Origin: an uncultured archaeon
GTDB taxonomy: Archaea > Thermoproteota > Nitrososphaeria > Nitrososphaerales > Gagatemarchaeaceae
Assembly (NCBI GenBank): GCA_963799775.1
Contig: CAWCYD010000003.1
Coordinates: forward strand, 128,001 to 192,000
DNA length: 64,000 bases
Reading direction: 5' to 3'
In this document: positions 60,155 through 64,000 of the stretch, one piece after another
Layout of the letters: each line of letters begins with the position of its first letter
Numbering within the stretch: position 1 is the first letter of the stretch
Made by a program: the position numbers and the translations under genes
Notes under the pieces: generated by a model
Databases searched by the model: none
The model's input: only the letters and a program-made list of their open reading frames with translations
Told to the model about the DNA's origin: nothing

Positions 60155-61730
60155 GCTTGCTATTCACGCTACCACTACCGCCGACCTCGACGACAACTTC
60201 CTGCGCGGCCTGCTCCTCGGCGACCGCCGCCGCCTCGTCCTGGATGAGCTGCTTGTACTTTGGCAGCTTCTTCTCTCCGGCGAGCTCCTGCGAGAACTTT
60301 GCGATCAGCGGGAGGTACTTGCCGTAGATGTTCATCTTCCTCTGGACGGCCTCCATGCTCCCCTTCTTCGAGAGGTAGAGGCTGAGCCTCCTGAGGGCCT
60401 CGCGGACCGCGTTCCTGATCTCGGCCTCGATCTCGGGCCTGTCCGCGATGTACTCCTTGCCCACGGTCTTGTAGGGCACCTTCGTGGAGCAGATGTGGGT
60501 GATCACGGCCACGGGCGCCTCGTCCGGGACGTGGTACCTCCTCCAGTCTATCTCCTCGTTCATGACCTTGAACGAGACGTCGCTGCTCTCGTCGTATAGC
60601 AGGGGTATCCTGTTGGCGAACCTGAAGAGCTTCCTTCCCGGCTCGAGCGTCTTTCCTCCGTAGACCAGCCCGACCTCGACGAGGAACGGGAATCCCGAGT
60701 AGGACGAAGGGGGCCTGACGACGACGGTCGAGAACTCAGGCTCTAGCTCCTTGAGGATACCGGTGCTGAGTATCTGCTCCCCCACGGGAGAGAGGCACGA
60801 AGAATCGGGCGGCAGGAATTCCGTGAACCTTTGGAGAGCATCAACAATCGTCACGACCTGCTCGTTGGTGAGCTTCTCTGGGGCGATGTCCGGCCTGACA
60901 CCGGCGAACTCGAGGAACTTGACGGCGGTCCTGTCCCCTACCCTGTGGAAGTGCGTCGTCATGAATCGCTTTAGCGTCTTCTCCTCGTTCAGCTTCACCA
61001 TCCTCTTGAACGCCTCCACGTCCACGCCGTACGGATGGGGGAGCGTCTCCTTGGGAGAGGGTGGGATCTCCTCTGTGGCCCTCTCGTAGGTCGATATCCT
61101 CCCTATCGGGTCGACGAACGTGAGATTGGCGTATGACCCGACAAGGGCGGTCTGCTTGAAGTACTCGTTGATCTTCTGCGCCGAGCGGGTGAAGTCACCC
61201 TCCAGGACGACGTCGACGCGTGTCCCCGTCTTCCCGTTCGCCTCCTCGGTGTCCCTCCTGAGGATTATCGGCTTGTTCTCGCCGATGTCGATGAGCATCT
61301 CGAAGATATGCCTGCTCTTCCCGTCCACCGACGTCGTTATCTTGACCGGCTTGTTCGTCGTGATCTGGCCGTAGAGGACGGCCATCGTCCCTCCCATCCC
61401 GAACATGCCTCGTGACTGGCGCAGCACGTACTTGGACCCGTAGAATACCTTCCCAAAGGCCCTTGGCACGTGGTGGGGGTCGACTCCAGGGCCGTTGTCC
61501 GCGACCGTCACGCGATACGCCCTCGGCTCCGATGTCTCGGTCCCGTGACCCTCCGCGACTATCCTGACGTAGATGTCGGGCAGCAACCCGGCGAGCTCGC
61601 ACGCATCGAGAGAGTTCTCGACGAGCTCCCTGACGGCCATATAGAGGGCCCTCGCAGGGTTCGTGAAGCCTGCGAGGTCGCGATTACGATAGAAAAACTC
61701 GGATGGCGAAATCTCTGAGAACGTCACCAT
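60123..61730 (-). CDS. top6B: DNA topoisomerase VI subunit B
   Basis: ELVENSLDA, DNGPG, QSRGMFGMG, RFANRIPL. Confidence 0.96.
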   Translation of the reverse strand: MVTFSEISPSEFFYRNRDLAGFTNPARALYMAVRELVENSLDACELAGLLPDIYVRIVAEGHGTETSEPRAYRVTVADNGPGVDPHHVPRAFGKVFYGSKYVLRQSRGMFGMGGTMAVLYGQITTNKPVKITTSVDGKSRHIFEMLIDIGENKPIILRRDTEEANGKTGTRVDVVLEGDFTRSAQKINEYFKQTALVGSYANLTFVDPIGRISTYERATEEIPPSPKETLPHPYGVDVEAFKRMVKLNEEKTLKRFMTTHFHRVGDRTAVKFLEFAGVRPDIAPEKLTNEQVVTIVDALQRFTEFLPPDSSCLSPVGEQILSTGILKELEPEFSTVVVRPPSSYSGFPFLVEVGLVYGGKTLEPGRKLFRFANRIPLLYDESSDVSFKVMNEEIDWRRYHVPDEAPVAVITHICSTKVPYKTVGKEYIADRPEIEAEIRNAVREALRRLSLYLSKKGSMEAVQRKMNIYGKYLPLIAKFSQELAGEKKLPKYKQLIQDEAAAVAEEQAAQEVVVEVGGSGSVNSKHEQAKIEDYS

Positions 61731-61984
61731 GCTCTCTATTCAGTCTCCATCAATATCGAACCTTTCTCCCCGCAAAACCGAGACAAGAATCCGCTGGTCT
61801 TGTATAAACACATACCCCAAATCTCGTGGAATTTTGACGCGCACTACCCGGAGGACACACTCGCTCTGGACAAAGGGTTGCGCGTGATGGATTAATAACC
61901 ATCCGCCTCGATTTGTCGCCGCTTTTGCGAGGCCTCACCGCAGGCCCTTGCTCTTTTAGGTGAATGGGGCGAATTGCTGGGGAT

Positions 61985-62555
61985 TCAGCTGCTAATCTCC
62001 GGGGACTGGTCTTCCCAGAGCAGTATCCGCTCCATCTTCCTCTTTGTGCGAGCCCTCTGCAGCATGTTGTAGACGGACTTGTGCTGGCTCCCGGCTGCGA
62101 GCTTCTCGACCGCATCTTTCGCCAACCTCAAGTCTGTCGGGTCGCCTATGATCGCCACCGTCTTCCCATAGACGGAGATGTCGCACTTTGTCAGCTCCTC
62201 GATGACCCTCCTGGACTTGCCCTGCAGGCCTATTATCCGTCCCTTTATCCTGGAGAGGCTGTTCTCGCTCTTCCCGGCAAAGTCCCGCATGTCAATCACC
62301 TCGAGCGAGATCTCCGGGTCCAGGAGCTTGAGCGCCCGCAGAGGCGAGAACCCCCTCGCTATCGCCTCGACGACGTTGGTGGCCCTGAAGGGGTCCGCTT
62401 CGATCGATGACGACCGTAGCGTGACCTCGCCGCTCTGGCCGTCCACCAGCAGCTCGACGCCGCACGACTCCTCGATCTTCGTCTTCGTCTCGCCCTTCTT
62501 CCCGATGAGCACCCACCCTGTCGATGGGGATGCGCAGCATCCGTTCGAAACTCAA
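61985..62555 (-). CDS. KH-domain rRNA processing protein (Dim2/Pno1); frameshift near 62515
   Basis: RIPIDRVG/LIGKKG, AIARGFSP, GRIIG..GKSR, HKSVY. Confidence 0.9.
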
Positions 62556-63409
62556 GCCAGTACCTCTTCGAGAATCTTCTCCGGCTCCTTCTGATAAACC
62601 CCTCTCTTTTTGAAGAACCTCACCATGTTCGTGATGTCCCTGAGAAGCAGGGCCTTCGACTCGGGGTGCGAGGAGAGCACCGCCGACCCCATGTCGAAGA
62701 GGATGCGCTCTCCAGGTTCCGGCTTGAAGATGTTGAACTCCGAGAGGTCGGCGTGGACGAGATCCGCCTTCTTGTAGAGCTTGGCGATCATCTCGAAGGT
62801 CCAATCGTAGTCAGACCCGTCCACCTCGGTCTCTGCGAAGATGGGCGCGGGGGCCGGGGGCGAGCCGATGAACTCCATGACGATGATGTTCTCGTTGAAG
62901 GCGAAGGGCTCCGGGCCCCTGATCCCCGCCTCCGAGGCGAGCCTGAGGTTCTTGTATTCCTTCTGCACCCAGAGCCGAATCATCTGCCGGATGGAGCTGG
63001 GCAGCTGCTGGAACCTCTTGTCTCCCGCCACGTACCTCATCCGCTTCTTGAACTCGGCGCTGGCCGTGAGGTAGATCTTGACAGCTCGTGCGCTCCCGTC
63101 GGATGTCACGCCCCAGTAGACACGGGCCTCCTTCCCCGCTCTGACCACGCCGTTGAGGTAAGAGATGAACCCCTTGTTGATGGTCTCAGAGAGCGCGATA
63201 TTGGTCGCCTTGTCGAACACCTCCTCGACGGTCTTCCTCTCGTTAGAGTCGTGCCTGAGGCGCCTGTTCTCCCTCTCGCTCCTGCGGATGCGTTCTCTGA
63301 GGCCAGAGCCCTGCTCGATGTCCCCCTCCGTCATAGAGCCTGCCTCGGCAGCGCGAGTGTCGCTCACTGATTGGGAGTCGACCTCCCCTTCCTCGTCGTC
63401 CTCTTCCAT
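62552..63409 (-). CDS. rio1: RIO1-family Ser/Thr kinase
   Basis: GKEARVY, AVKIY, WVQKEYKNL, LVHADLSEFNI. Confidence 0.94.
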   Translation of the reverse strand: MEEDDEEGEVDSQSVSDTRAAEAGSMTEGDIEQGSGLRERIRRSERENRRLRHDSNERKTVEEVFDKATNIALSETINKGFISYLNGVVRAGKEARVYWGVTSDGSARAVKIYLTASAEFKKRMRYVAGDKRFQQLPSSIRQMIRLWVQKEYKNLRLASEAGIRGPEPFAFNENIIVMEFIGSPPAPAPIFAETEVDGSDYDWTFEMIAKLYKKADLVHADLSEFNIFKPEPGERILFDMGSAVLSSHPESKALLLRDITNMVRFFKKRGVYQKEPEKILEEVLA

Positions 63410-63624
63410 CGCCACGCGGCTGCTCGGGACACCTTTAGGGTTGTTGACTGGCCTAAGAATCACCCTTTGCAAGAAGCAATGTTTATTATCAGGTATACAA
63501 CATCGAGTTGTATAGTGTTGGGATTAATGACGACACCGAATACAAGGCGATCACCGAGCGCGTTCTCAAAGGGTTTTAGTAAAACGGCCCGAGCGGCACA
63601 CACGAACGCCCGGTGACCTACCAG

Positions 63625-64000
63625 ATGGGAACAGAACGAGAAAACGAAGGAACGAGAGATGATAACGATTTGAAAACCTCTACCATGGTGAAAGAGCAGG
63701 AGACGAAGGCGGTCAAGGACGACCTCAAGAAGCTAGAGAAGACTCTGCAGGACGAGCGCAGACGCAACGAGGAGATTCTGACGAGCTTCAAATACCTGCA
63801 GGCCGACTTTGAGAACTATAGGAAGAGGGTCGACCGCGAGATCCGGGAGCTGGAGGAGTTCTCCACGGTCGGGCTGGTCCGGAAGCTGATACCAGTCCTC
63901 GATGACCTCGACCTCGCGGTGACCACGGCGGCCAAGTCCGCGGACAAGGGCCTCCTGGAGGGAGTGAAGATGGTCCAGAAGAACCTCGGCTCCGCCCTAG
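63625..64000 (+). CDS. grpE: Nucleotide exchange factor GrpE (partial, runs off the window)
   Basis: Translated by hand: YLQADFENYRKR..LIPVLDDLDLA..GLLEGVKMV. Confidence 0.9.
   Translation, partial: MGTERENEGTRDDNDLKTSTMVKEQETKAVKDDLKKLEKTLQDERRRNEEILTSFKYLQADFENYRKRVDREIRELEEFSTVGLVRKLIPVLDDLDLAVTTAAKSADKGLLEGVKMVQKNLGSAL

Noticed and set aside
61731-61984. Intergenic inverted repeats between the KH gene and top6B as an ncRNA
   Set aside because: Only short 5-7-bp arms are present, compatible with chance or ordinary promoter sequence.
12908-62555. About 15 frameshifted genes as programmed frameshifting or mass pseudogenisation
   Set aside because: The lesions look like single-base indels without shared slippery motifs, occur in a core gene (KH/Dim2), and both halves remain conserved. 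Long-read error is the simpler explanation; read polishing would confirm it.

Overview
Archaeal chromosomal DNA with high GC. Top6A/Top6B, RIO1, a KH/Dim2 protein, SUI1 and intron-containing tRNAs support this, and a 15/16 tRNA intron fits Nitrososphaerota (inference). About 15 apparent 1-bp frameshifts, including one in a core gene, point to long-read indel errors, so several split ORFs are treated as single genes. From left to right: (1) a probable mobile-element tail (1-2.4 kb) with a Top6A/Mini-A-like gene, a convergent GNAT/RHH pair and a structured tRNA-like sequence; (2) housekeeping and accessory genes (mntH, an ABC-2 exporter, metY-metX-metW, a PMT-type glycosyltransferase); (3) a five-gene operon (19.0-26.8 kb) built around a ~890-aa FtsZ/tubulin-superfamily GTPase with a long coiled-coil insert, plus a cell-surface protein, a polytopic membrane protein and a probable GTPase-dead tubulin-fold protein; (4) tRNA-Ile2(CAT) with two introns and a ~0.5-kb att-flanked islet carrying one nuclease gene; (5) a 17.6-kb integrated element (33097-50761) in tRNA-Asn, with a tyrosine integrase, a type III-like R-M pair, TA-type genes, a dual-specificity phosphatase, an AAA+ replication protein and a repeat-rich origin-like region; (6) a metabolic cluster (51.0-58.2 kb) with a TrpB2 paralogue lacking the catalytic Glu, a TDO-family dioxygenase with an active-site-loop insertion, an MBL hydrolase, an aminotransferase and three binding-protein-fold proteins with no signal peptide; (7) core top6A/top6B/KH/rio1 and a partial grpE. 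The best candidates for an undescribed system are (6) and (3). All family assignments come from reading motifs by eye; no searches were run.
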